Below are positions 43,589 through 53,856 of a stretch of 64,000 nt of DNA, one piece after another. Below the pieces are notes generated by a model, which saw only the letters and a list, made by a program, of their open reading frames with translations, was not told where the DNA came from and searched no databases. A program made the translations under genes and the position numbers. The DNA comes from an uncultured Verrucomicrobiae bacterium (GTDB lineage Bacteria > Verrucomicrobiota > Verrucomicrobiia > Chthoniobacterales > JAFAMB01), in the NCBI GenBank assembly GCA_963789065.1, contig CAWBKA010000014.1, forward strand, positions 114,171-178,170, in the 5' to 3' direction. The stretch's first letter is position 1; the number at the start of each line of letters is the position of its first letter.

Positions 43589-44108
43589 ATGTTGATTCGC
43601 CGATTGAAAGAGAACTCGATCGAGCTCGCGGAAATCGAACCAATCGAAGCCGAATTGCTTCGGAAGGTTCCGAGCGTTTGTGATACCAGGCGGGGACAAT
43701 CGGGCGGAGGCGCGTCTTTTCAGCAGCCCCGCGGAGACCAGCGAGCGCCAGTTTCTGAGCGATTGGGACGAGTACGTGCGGCCAGAGCTTCGTCACCTGT
43801 TTCTTTCGGCCAGGAAAACCGTCGAGGCGGATCTGGAAAGACTGTCGGATCGCCCGGGCCATCTCAGCCGTCTCGTTGTCCCTCAAGCGCACGGCGATGC
43901 ATGGCTAAACACTCTCAACCAGGCCCGATTGATCCTCGCCAGCAAGTTCGACTTCTCCGACGAAGAACTGTCGATGCACGAAGTGCCTAAGTCGTTTTCA
44001 CGTCGCGACCTGGCTCTGCTGCAGATCAACTTTTATGCCGCGATTCAAGAGCGCATCATCGATGCGATAGACCTTGAAGCGGCAGTCGAAGAACCGAGTA
44101 GCCAGTAG
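43589..44108 (+). CDS. DUF2017-like protein (frameshift near 43690)
   Basis: ARLF, W..YV.PEL and AWLNTLNQARLIL; sits directly after clpS. Confidence 0.75.
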
Positions 44109-44411
44109 CTGTCGCCGTAGCCAGTACGACATCCACGGCTCTAAGATGGCGTCGACTAACAGGGTGTAACGAGTTAAAAATTACAGCGCCGAATTCTTTT
44201 GACCCGCACTGCATCCGCTCCTTCCGGTTAGAGGCGCCTCACTTGACTCTTGACTCCTTGGCTATTGGCTACGGCTGCTGGCGCCTGGCTCCTGGCGCCC
44301 TGGCTCCTGGCTCCTGGCTCCTGCTCCTGGCTCCACCGACTCCAAAAAAGTTTCGGCACTCTTAAACAATTCGGATCTTGAAGCCTATAGGCGAGTGGTT
44401 AGGCTGACGGT

Positions 44412-44885
44412 ATGAGTAAGCCTGTTGTCGAAGTGCAGGTTCGCGCTGTCATTCCCACGAGCGGTGGCTGCGCAGTATTTCTTGGCAACGAGGAAAAGGT
44501 TTTCGTGATCTACGTTGATCAGAGCGTGGGTGCCGCAATCACGATGTTCATGCGAGGAACGCAAAAGGAACGGCCGCTCACCCACGATCTGCTGGCGCAC
44601 ATTTTGAGGGCGCTTGGAGCCAGGGTTGAGCGAGTGATCATCAACGATCTTAAGCGAGGCACTTATTTTGCCAGGCTCATTCTCAATGCGGAAAACGAAT
44701 TGCAACAAAAGAAAATTGTCGAGATCGATGCGCGCCCTAGTGACTGTATCGCGATGGCAACGCAGCAAACGGCGCCGATCTACGTAAGTCGCGAGGTCTG
44801 GGACGAAGTTGAGGACATGAGCGACGTACTTCGGAAGATGGAAGAGGAAAGCTCTCAATCCGAGGAAACGGACGAGGAAGAATAA
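44412..44885 (+). CDS. Bifunctional nuclease family protein (DUF151)
   Basis: RPLTHDL and IDARPSDCIA. Confidence 0.92.
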   Translation: MSKPVVEVQVRAVIPTSGGCAVFLGNEEKVFVIYVDQSVGAAITMFMRGTQKERPLTHDLLAHILRALGARVERVIINDLKRGTYFARLILNAENELQQKKIVEIDARPSDCIAMATQQTAPIYVSREVWDEVEDMSDVLRKMEEESSQSEETDEEE

Positions 44886-44979
44886 GGAGAAGTTCGGCCG
44901 GCAGAAAAAGCGCTTTTCCGACCCGATTTTCGCAGCTCTTGATTGAATTTGAAACCTTGTCACTTAGTGTGGCCTCGAA

Positions 44980-46949
44980 ATGACTGAAACGTGGGATATT
45001 CCGTCCGCCATAGCCCTTTACAATATCGATCGCTGGGGTACTGGCTACTTCACTATCAACGGCGCCGGGAACGTTCAGGTGATGCCGACGCAAGCCTACG
45101 GTCAGGCGATCGACCTGATGGACGTGATTGGCGAGGCCCGCGACCGCGGAATGGCTTTTCCGCTCGTAGTTCGGTTCCAGGATCTTCTCAGGCATCGCGT
45201 CGAGACGATCAACCGCGCCTTCCAATCGGCGATCGCCGAGGCGAATTTTCAAAACGTCTACAAAGGGGTCTTCCCGATCAAGGTCAATCAGCTGCGAGAA
45301 GTCGTCGAAGAAATCATGGACGCCGGTCGGCCATTCCACTTCGGCCTTGAAGCCGGTAGCAAACCGGAATTGATCGCTGCGCTTGCGGTACACCGTGATC
45401 CGGACAGTCTGATCATTTGTAACGGTTACAAAGATCCGACTTTCATTCAGAATGCGTTGCTGGGCCGCAAACTCGGCAAGCAGGTGATCATGGTGGTGGA
45501 GAAGCTCGAAGAAATCCGGCAGATCCTCCAGGTTTCCAAGAGAGATGAACGTGATGCCTTTGATCGGGCTTCGGGTGCGAGTCCAATCCAAAGGTTCGGG
45601 CAAATGGGCTACCAGTGGCGGAGAGAACGCGAAGTTCGGATTGTCCACCGCCGACCTGGTTGCCGCGAGTAACTACCTCAAGAGCCAGGGAATGGCCGAA
45701 TCTCTGGTCCTGGTTCATTTCCACGTTGGTTCGCAGAGTTACGGACATCGGCGTGATCAAGCGAGCCGTGAGAGAGGCGGCCCGCTTCTATGCGAAGCTC
45801 TCCAAGATGGGTCATCCGATGCAGTTTGTCGATGTGGGCGGGGGCTCTGGGCGTCGACTACGACGGTTCGCGTACCGCGTTCGACAGCTCGATGAATTAC
45901 ACGCTCCAGGAGTACGCCAGAGACGTTGTTTACAACATCATTGACGTCTGCGAGTCCGAGAAAGTGCCGCACCCGACCATCGTCAGTGAAAGCGGTCGGG
46001 CGATCGTCGCGCATCATTCAGTGCTAGTGGTGGAGGCTTTCGGTTCAATTGAGAAGGGTTCCGCCGATCTGGCCCTGGAAATCAGGGAGTCGGACCCGAA
46101 ACTTTTGCATGAGATGGTCGAAACGCAGAAGGCTCTGTCGAAGCAGAACCGGATGGAAGTGCTTGCACGACGCGCTCCAGATCAAGGAGCAATGCCAATC
46201 GATGTTTGAACTCGGAATGCTCGAACTGGAGAGCAAAGCCAAGATCGAGATCATTTATTGGCAGATCGCACAGTCGGTTGTCGAGCTCTGCCGCGGGATG
46301 CGGTATGTCCCGGAAGAAGTCAAAGAGTTGGAGACCTCGCTCGGAGATCAATACCTCTGTAATTTCTCGGTCTTTCAGTCGTTGCTCGATCATTGGGCGC
46401 TCGGCCAGTTGTTTCCGATTATGCCCGTCCACCATTTGGAACAGCCGCCAGATCGCAACGGTACGTTGGTGGATATCACGTGCGATTCGGATGGAAAGGT
46501 GAGCGAAGTTTATCGACTTGCAAGATGTGAAGGAGACTTTGCCGCTCCATCGGATTCGTCCCGGGGAATCTTACTACCTTGGTTTCTTTCTGATGGGTGC
46601 GTACCAGGATATCATGGGTGACCTGCATAACCTTTTTGGCCGAGTCAACGAAGTACACGTTTTTCTCGATGAAGACGAGGATTCGGGGTGGTACATCGAG
46701 GAAGTCATCGAAGGTAGCACCGTCGGAAGTGTCCTCTCATTGACTCAGTGGGATGAGAATGAGCTTATTCGACTGCTAAAGGCGCAGATTGATGCCGCCA
46801 TTAAGTCAGATCGCCTCAAGCCGAATGAGGCGATGCGTCTCCTGAGCGAATACGAACGTGGCCTGAAGGGTTATACCTATCTGAACTTCCAAAGCGGTGC
46901 GCTCGCCAAGCGTGACACGGGCGTCCCGCCCGTGATTTTGGCGACGTAA
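44980..46949 (+). CDS. speA: Biosynthetic arginine decarboxylase (several frameshifts)
   Basis: YNIDRWG, FPIKVNQ, GLEAGSKPEL, HFHVGSQ, ESGRA, NFSVFQSL.D.W, DITCDSDG and GAYQDIMGDLHNLFG. Confidence 0.96.
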
Positions 46950-47214
46950 GGAGGGAGGGTTTTGGGTTTTGAGTTTTGCGTTGTGTTAAGTCGCCCGCGT
47001 TATTGGCAACCGATCCCCAATGACAACGCGGACTCGCGGGGTACAACAAAAATCAAAGCGCGTGGCGGTAGGGTTGCGCTCCCGCGCGACCGGCGTGGTA
47101 TGTCTGGAGCGCGTCCGCTAAGAGGGACGCTTTGGCTAGATGTGACACGGGCGTCCCCGCCTCAGCAGCTTGCCGCCACTCAAAACGCAAAACCCAAAAC
47201 GCAAAACGCAAAAG

Positions 47215-49326
47215 CTAGCCTCCGAAAAGGTGACGCAACGATCGGAACAATCGGTTCGAGAAACCCTTATCGCCATTCGGCTGCTCTCCGGAGTCGCCGA
47301 GTTGCCGACCCTGATGGACCGAACAGGAATGGGGCGGAACTATGGATTGAGGGAGCATAATCTCGTAAGAGGTCCCTGCCGCGACGCAAGCGTCCGTCGC
47401 CAAACGATTTGACACCGAACAAAGTTGGACTCGCACCAACGGTTCTGGGGCGGGAAAAGGTCCATCCGGGTATTTTTGCCGAGACGCTTTCTCCATTACC
47501 CGGACCCATATTGGAAGCGCTAGCGTTCCCCCGTAACCGCGTTCCTGGATTGTTTGCGGCTGATCAAACCCAACCCAGACACCGCAAGTCAGCGAATTGG
47601 TGAAACCGACGAACCAGGCGTCCTTATAATCGTCGGTAGTCCCCGTCTTTCCCGCTGCGTAGCGCGTGAGACCGAGCGTTTTTGCGGACGCGGCAGTGCC
47701 GCGTTCAATAACGCCGCGAAGGGTTTGACCAATCATCCAAGCGACCGCCGGTGATATCGCCGGATTCCCGGCTGAACGGGCCTGATAAATGATCTTGCCG
47801 TCCGCGTCATCGATGCGTTCGATCAAATCCGGTTCCTTGTGTTGACCTTGCGATGGAAAGACCGAATAGGCGGCGGTCACATCCTTTAAATTCGACTCGA
47901 ACGCGCCAAGATAGGTTGCCGGAAGGTGGGGAATATTGCGCGCGAATCCGGCCGATTGTCCGATGGCGATCACGCGATCGAGCGTCGCCAGCTCACCAAC
48001 TCGAATCGTCATCAGGTTTCTTGAGAAAATCAGACCGTTACGAGCCGGTAGAAATCCACGATTTTCCCGGTCGGAGTCGCTCGGATGCCAATTCGGGACT
48101 GCTGGTATTTCTCCGCCTCGCAGCGGCCCGTCGTCGATACCGGTGCCGGGCATCATACCCCGCGCGTACGCTGCCGCGTAGACAAACGGTTTGAACGTTG
48201 AACCTACCGGTCGGTAGGCCTGGAGAGCGCGATTGTACTTGCTGTCACGATAGTCTCGCCCGCCCACCAGTGCACGAATTGCTCCGGTCCGATTATCGAT
48301 CACGACCACGGCGCCTTGAAGGTAAGTGGTCTGTTCTGCCGCCGCCCGGGATTGATTGCTAAAGTCGCTTTTCTTCGGATGTTTGTAATTCGGTTTGTTT
48401 TCCACCTGAAGTAAACAATTGTCGACAGCCTGTTCAGCCGTCCGCTGGAGGTCCGGATCCAGTGAGGTATAGATCCGTAGTCCGCCGTCGTCGATGTCAT
48501 CCTGGCTGACGAGGCCCTGCAACTCCCGGTAGAGCGCGTCCATTGCATAGTTCTCCTGCGGCGTCGAGGCACGCCGGCTCGCGACCCGCACCGACGATTT
48601 CTTCGCAGCGTCCGCTTCCGAAGAAGAGATCATTTTCAAATTTGCCATGCGATCGAGTACCTCATCGCGTTGCTCGAGCGCCCCTTTGACGTTGGTAAAC
48701 GGAGAGTAACGGTTCGGACTGCGAATCAGACCCGCGAGCAATGCCGCTTCCGAGAGAGTCAAATCGGCTGCGGACTTTCCGAAATAGGCTTGGCTGGCAG
48801 TCTCAAGCCCGTATAAGCCCGAGCCGAAGTAGATCCTGTCTGCGTAAAACCCTAGAATCTGTTCCTTGGAATAGGAAGATTCGATGCGACAGGCGACAAA
48901 GGCTTCCAAAATCTTCCGGCTCAAATCGCGTCCACCGAGTTTAAAGCTGTTGCGAGCCAGTTGTTGAGTGATCGTACTGCCCCCTTCTCGAACGCCGAGA
49001 TGGACAAGGTTACGCACCAGCGCTCGGACGATTCCCACGGGATCAATTCCGTGGTGCTGGTAGAAACGCGAATCTTCGCGCGCCAGCAGGGCCTTTTTGA
49101 ACAGCGGCGACAACTTTTCGGCCAGTATCCTATTCTCTCCGAAGAGCCGGCTATACACCTTTCCGTCCATGTCGTACACCCATGATCGTTCCGGTATCTT
49201 GCCAATGTCCTTAAGATCGAAAGTCAGTGACCACAAAAAATAAAAGCTTCCGAGGATAAAGGAGCAGATTGCGGCTGAGAGTCCTAAACCAATGCCAAGC
49301 CGGACCCAAAAGTGGCTCTTTTTCAT
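47215..49326 (-). CDS. Class A penicillin-binding protein (PBP1A family)
   Basis: Transglycosylase motifs EDSRFYQHHG and GGSTITQQL; transpeptidase motifs STFK, SRN and KTG. Confidence 0.95.
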   Translation of the reverse strand: MKKSHFWVRLGIGLGLSAAICSFILGSFYFLWSLTFDLKDIGKIPERSWVYDMDGKVYSRLFGENRILAEKLSPLFKKALLAREDSRFYQHHGIDPVGIVRALVRNLVHLGVREGGSTITQQLARNSFKLGGRDLSRKILEAFVACRIESSYSKEQILGFYADRIYFGSGLYGLETASQAYFGKSAADLTLSEAALLAGLIRSPNRYSPFTNVKGALEQRDEVLDRMANLKMISSSEADAAKKSSVRVASRRASTPQENYAMDALYRELQGLVSQDDIDDGGLRIYTSLDPDLQRTAEQAVDNCLLQVENKPNYKHPKKSDFSNQSRAAAEQTTYLQGAVVVIDNRTGAIRALVGGRDYRDSKYNRALQAYRPVGSTFKPFVYAAAYARGMMPGTGIDDGPLRGGEIPAVPNWHPSDSDRENRGFLPARNGLIFSRNLMTIRVGELATLDRVIAIGQSAGFARNIPHLPATYLGAFESNLKDVTAAYSVFPSQGQHKEPDLIERIDDADGKIIYQARSAGNPAISPAVAWMIGQTLRGVIERGTAASAKTLGLTRYAAGKTGTTDDYKDAWFVGFTNSLTCGVWVGFDQPQTIQERGYGGTLALPIWVRVMEKASRQKYPDGPFPAPEPLVRVQLCSVSNRLATDACVAAGTSYEIMLPQSIVPPHSCSVHQGRQLGDSGEQPNGDKGFSNRLFRSLRHLFGG

Positions 49327-49357
49327 CAGGAATTGAGGCGACGCCGACGCATAATTA

Positions 49358-50032
49358 TTAACCTTCCAGCAGATCCGGCCTTCGTTCCTGGGTTTTCTGG
49401 AGGGCTTGAGCTTCTCGCCAGTCGCGAATCGCTCGATGATTTCCAGAGAGCAAGACTTCCGGCACTTTCCAACTTCGGAATACGGACGGTCGTGTATACT
49501 GCGGGTACTCCAATAACCCAGAGGAAAACGATTCGTCCATGACGGATTCTTCCTCCCCGAGCACGCCGGGAATCAGCCGAGCGACCGCATCGACAATCAC
49601 CGCGGCGCCGATCGCGCCATTGGACAAAACGTAGTCACCAATCGAGAGCTCATCGTCTACCAGGTGCTCGCTCACTCGGTGATCAATGCCTTCGTAGTGG
49701 CCACAAACGAAAATGAGATGTTCTTTCCGGCTTAGTTCCCAGGCGATCTCTTGAGTGAACCGGCGACCACCGGGCGCCATCAGTATCACGTGCGATCGCT
49801 CCGTCCTGATGGATTCCACAGCGGCAAAGATTGGTTCCGGTTTCATTACCATTCCAGGACCACCTCCGTAGGGTGGTTCATCGGTTACATGATGTTTGTC
49901 GATCGCCCAGTCCCGTATATTCATGCACCGGACCTGAATCAGGAGATTTTCCTGAGCCTTCTTTAGAATGCTATCGGCGAACGCCCCTGCGCAGAGCTTC
50001 GGAAAGAGCGTTAGGATGTCAAAAGAGGTCAT
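49358..50032 (-). CDS. trmD: tRNA (guanine37-N1)-methyltransferase
   Basis: FDILTLFP, PYGGGPGMVM, CGHYEGID, SIGDYVLS and YPQYTRP. Confidence 0.97.
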   Translation of the reverse strand: MTSFDILTLFPKLCAGAFADSILKKAQENLLIQVRCMNIRDWAIDKHHVTDEPPYGGGPGMVMKPEPIFAAVESIRTERSHVILMAPGGRRFTQEIAWELSRKEHLIFVCGHYEGIDHRVSEHLVDDELSIGDYVLSNGAIGAAVIVDAVARLIPGVLGEEESVMDESFSSGLLEYPQYTRPSVFRSWKVPEVLLSGNHRAIRDWREAQALQKTQERRPDLLEG

Positions 50033-50602
50033 GCACCCTATTCGTCCCTGGTTTCTCGTTTCTTGGCAACCACGGGAGAATCCTCGGATGGATGGCTTCG
50101 TTGCGCAAATAGACAAGAATCCGGAGTGACATGGCGTCCCGCCCGTGATCCCTGGCGAGTGCCGGCGAAGCGTCCCTATCTCTTTAACGCCATGGCATTG
50201 CGCCGGAAGGGGAATGGCTCGCACGGAGGTGACGGTGGGCACGGAGGATTTTGGAGGATATTAGAGTTCATTCATCAACGAGTTACCGTCCCAGCTTACC
50301 CTGATGGATTGTGGCGAGGCGGTGTCAAAAGGATGGTCAACAATTGCCAGTAACCTCCGTGATCTCCGTATCCTCCGTGCGAGAATTTCCTATCTTCGCC
50401 TTTCTATTCGTGTTCAATTCGTGCTCAAAGGCCGTTCCCCTGCGAACCCCTTGTGCTTCCTTTTGTGCCACCGCCGGACGGGCGTCCTGGGAACACCCCG
50501 TTTCCCATACCCCAAAGTGAGAGGCGTCGGCGGTATAAAAGTATAGGAGGTAGCCGATGGATCCGTGCGACAAGTTGTGAAGGTGACAATCGAGCCAGAC
50601 AA

Positions 50603-50836
50603 ATGCATCTAAGTATCCTCAAAGAAGTAGAACTCATCAGACTTGGGCGCCGCATCCGGCGCGCTCGGAACTCCTGGGGCCTTAGCGTGGGAGCTTTAGC
50701 GGCGGAATGCGACTTGGATAAAGATTACTTCTCCCAGTTGGAGTGCGGCGGGCGCGACGTGCTCTTTTCTGAGCTATGCAAAATCTGCGAAGTTCTTCGC
50801 TGTGATATTGCGGCGGTAACGCAAGGCATTCCGTAG
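50603..50836 (+). CDS. XRE-family HTH protein
   Basis: LGRRIRRAR..GLSV.ALA......YFSQLECG. Confidence 0.8.
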   Translation: MHLSILKEVELIRLGRRIRRARNSWGLSVGALAAECDLDKDYFSQLECGGRDVLFSELCKICEVLRCDIAAVTQGIP

Positions 50837-51496
50837 CCAGCTTCGTCTTCCAGCAGGGGGAGCGAAATCGGCATCGCTGAATAGGTCGGTGCGCATTCGG
50901 GAAATGGCTAGGAATTGCATAATGGCCTTTCGTTCTGTGACGCGTCTGAACGCAGACGCATGTGTTTAGCGCCGGCACGGGTCGAATAGGAACAGCCTTT
51001 GACCGCGAATTGACACGAGTAGAAAGGCGAAGATAGGAAATTCTCGCACGGAGGACACGGAGATCACGGAGGTTTATTGTCATTGTTGATCAATCGTTGA
51101 TGCCGTTGTGCGAGGCATTCCCCTTCCCGCGCTTAAGGCGCTTTTGAATCCGATCTCCTTCGCGTCCATTCACGGTTTTTCCAACCTTCAAGGCCCCAAC
51201 GCTAAGCAGATACAAGCAGATGCCTTTTCTGCCTTCCGAAAGTTGCTTCATACCCCTCCAATCGTATGCCTCCGGGGGAATAGGCAAAAAGGCTTCTTAT
51301 CAGACACGAGGGCAAAGGGCAATTCAAGAAAACCCCCGTTTGTCCACGTTGTGAATCGGCAGGCCGGCTGCCTCATTGTCTGACCGCCTCAAAGTGGGCG
51401 ATCACCCGAACTCACTTTCCGACCTCGTTCCTCGCGAAAGACCCGGTGGCAATAGTTGACCCAGGGGTTCATCTCAAGCTGATCGCCCGACAAGAA

Positions 51497-51991
51497 TCAT
51501 GGAATCGTTCCTGTTCCGGGAACTCCGGAATAAAGCCCTTGTAGCCGGATATCGATGTTGATCGGCACCGGGGTCCCAATCTCTGCCTTGTTCATGTCTG
51601 GGTGCGCCGGATTGAGGAGATAATTATCTTCCAGTGGAAGCACCGCGCTGGGCGCTTTGAGTACGAGAGATCGCCCAGAATTAACCCACTGATCTCCGAT
51701 GGTTGCTGTCGAAAGAGGAGCAGGAAAGGAGTTCCAGTCAGATGGTAACAGGCCATCGTCAGTTATTAGCGAGTCTTCAAAGTCGACCGGAATCAGGACG
51801 TATTCCAAAGCTGCTAGAACCGATAAGTTTGGAACATGGACCAGTACTTCGAGCACCGAAATTGAGGGTGTGCCGCCGAGATAAACAAGACGCACGCCTG
51901 CCGAGTTCCAACGGCCACCATACAAAAACGCTCCTTTCCCGGAGAAGGCGTCTGCTACGTGGTCTTTGTTGCATATCCTCCAGGCCTTCAA
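51497..51991 (-). CDS. RES-domain toxin
   Basis: AWRI, GGRWNS.G...VY, LEVLVH, PSAV and NYLLNPAHPD. Confidence 0.93.
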   Translation of the reverse strand: MKAWRICNKDHVADAFSGKGAFLYGGRWNSAGVRLVYLGGTPSISVLEVLVHVPNLSVLAALEYVLIPVDFEDSLITDDGLLPSDWNSFPAPLSTATIGDQWVNSGRSLVLKAPSAVLPLEDNYLLNPAHPDMNKAEIGTPVPINIDIRLQGLYSGVPGTGTIP

Positions 51992-52410
51992 GAAAAGACG
52001 CCCTCTGAAATTCTCCCCAAGATGCTTTCAACCAAGCGAGCACCCGGTTCGGTCTTCGCGAACTCCATAGGGGTTTTATCTCCAAGAGCTTTGAGTTCCG
52101 TTTGAAACCAATTAAGGGCGGCTTCTCTAGTCTTGAAGACCGAAACCGCCTTGCGGTAAAGGCGGAGGAAGCGCAGAACCCTCTCGGATTCTTCCTGATT
52201 GAGGAGTTGGCGTCTAGCGGTGCGCCGGAGGAGCGTACTCTTTGAGATGGCGACAAGGTCGGCTATTCCTTGTACAGAGAGACCAAATATTTCCCTTAAT
52301 TGGAACAAGGATTCGGGATGGATCCCTCGAATGACGAGGTTCGCCATTTCAGCGTGATCATCGAGCTCGGCTTCGGTTAATAACGAAAGCAGAACAGTGC
52401 TCGTTCTCAT
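51988..52410 (-). CDS. Xre/MbcA/ParS-type antitoxin
   Basis: HTH, ESERVLR, W......ALG..TP and G.RLVE.ILGRI..GVFS; overlaps the toxin by 4 nt. Confidence 0.93.
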   Translation of the reverse strand: MRTSTVLLSLLTEAELDDHAEMANLVIRGIHPESLFQLREIFGLSVQGIADLVAISKSTLLRRTARRQLLNQEESERVLRFLRLYRKAVSVFKTREAALNWFQTELKALGDKTPMEFAKTEPGARLVESILGRISEGVFS

Positions 52411-52813
52411 ATGACACACAATATTGATTCATTTGAGATGGCGCAACGTTTCCCTTGTGGGTAGCAGGCACACTTCGTCCGCTTTCTTCTGGGCCGAATA
52501 AATCCGGCAGGGCGAGCAGGAACGAAGGTTTTTTGGGTGGCGCCGGAGGACGGGAACTCTCTACGGAAGCTTCGTTCGGAAGGTGGCCTCAGCGCGCTCG
52601 GTCCGTTGTCGATAAAGTCACCGGATCTAGATGCAGACCTTATCCGCTGGCAAGGCTGAAACTTCAAATACCGTGACTGAGTTGCACCCGGTCAAAGCAA
52701 TCAGCCAGTAGTTTCGGAATCTTAGGGTGACTTTTTTGTGACTGACCAGTTTGAGACTCAATTCTCTAGATACTGGATTGCTCGCGAAATAGCCACCAGA
52801 CTTGTTTGGCGGG

Positions 52814-52890
<77 letters not shown>

Positions 52891-53051
52891 TCTTCCGCAG
52901 AGTCGTCATCATACCGCACCACGTTAAAAAACCTAATGGTTTTTTGCTCTTTGATCCGGCGCGTTTAAGTCTGGGCTTTGATTTCCATTTTCTGTGGCTC
53001 CTGTAAATCCCGCTGGCGAAAGTCCGACGTCTGCGCTTGAATCTCCGGTCA

Positions 53052-53585
53052 ATGGAGTCGTCGGCTGAGTACCTTATCGTTTCTGCGTCTCTGCGGTCGA
53101 ATAGTCGCAGTCGGGTGATGGCACAATATCTGGCCGACTGTTACCGGGCGGAGGGTGTGAAGATACGGCTCGTCGATTTGCGGGAGTGCCCTTTACCCTT
53201 TTGCGACGGAGAGGCTGCCTACGGCCATCCGGATGTTCTCAATCTTTCGAAAGCGATCTCCGAAGCGCGCGTAATTATCCTCGCCACTCCGATTTATAAC
53301 TTCGACGCTAGTGCAACGTTGAAAAATCTGATCGAACTGACCGGCGAGTCCTGGGATGACAAGATCGTCGGATTTTTGTGTGCTGCTGGCGGTTCGCGCA
53401 GCTACATGTCCGTCGTGAGTCTGGCCAATAGTCTCATGCTTGACTTTCGCTGTCTGATTATCCCGCGCTTTGTTTTTGCCACCGGAGACGACTTTGAGGA
53501 TTGGCAGCTGAGTTCCGCCGAATTGCGGGAGCGGATCCAGCGGCTGGCTGCGGCTTCGACCAGGATTCGCAACGACGAAGGCTGA
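53052..53585 (+). CDS. NADPH-dependent FMN reductase (flavodoxin-like)
   Basis: SLRSNSRS and ATPIYNFDASATLKNLIE. Confidence 0.9.
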   Translation: MESSAEYLIVSASLRSNSRSRVMAQYLADCYRAEGVKIRLVDLRECPLPFCDGEAAYGHPDVLNLSKAISEARVIILATPIYNFDASATLKNLIELTGESWDDKIVGFLCAAGGSRSYMSVVSLANSLMLDFRCLIIPRFVFATGDDFEDWQLSSAELRERIQRLAAASTRIRNDEG

Positions 53586-53642
53586 GGCGCTTTCCTGCTT
53601 GAAAATACCAGATCAACGTCGCATCTTGCGATTCTTCAACGT

Positions 53643-53719
53643 CGGGCCGTAGCACAGCTTGGTAGTGCGCTTGAATGGGGTTCAAGAGGTCGTGGGTTCG
53701 AATCCCGCCGGCCCGACCA
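53643..53719 (+). tRNA. tRNA-Pro(GGG)
   Basis: Cloverleaf; anticodon arm CTTGA-ATGGGGT-TCAAG; GTTCGAATC; CCA end. Confidence 0.97.
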
Positions 53720-53730
53720 GTGGATTCGCC

Positions 53731-53856
53731 ATGAGATTGCTGAAATTGTCGTTGTCTAACCTGCTATTCATTGTTGCTGCCGCTACGGCGCAAAATGCTC
53801 AACCGAGTCCAACTCAATCGCCGGCGCCGATAGATTTTCCAAACGATGCGCCTTGA
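53731..53856 (+). pseudogene. Truncated 5' copy of the secreted-protein gene at 58282
   Basis: [30 protein letters not shown] versus [29 protein letters not shown]. Confidence 0.85.

Noticed and set aside
28800..46949. Apparent mass pseudogenisation or programmed frameshifting (holB, miaA, secA C-terminus, speA, sufT, iscU, rluB-like, sixA)
   Set aside because: Single-base indels cluster in one stretch and hit essential genes while all motifs remain intact. This is best explained by long-read consensus error; read polishing would confirm.
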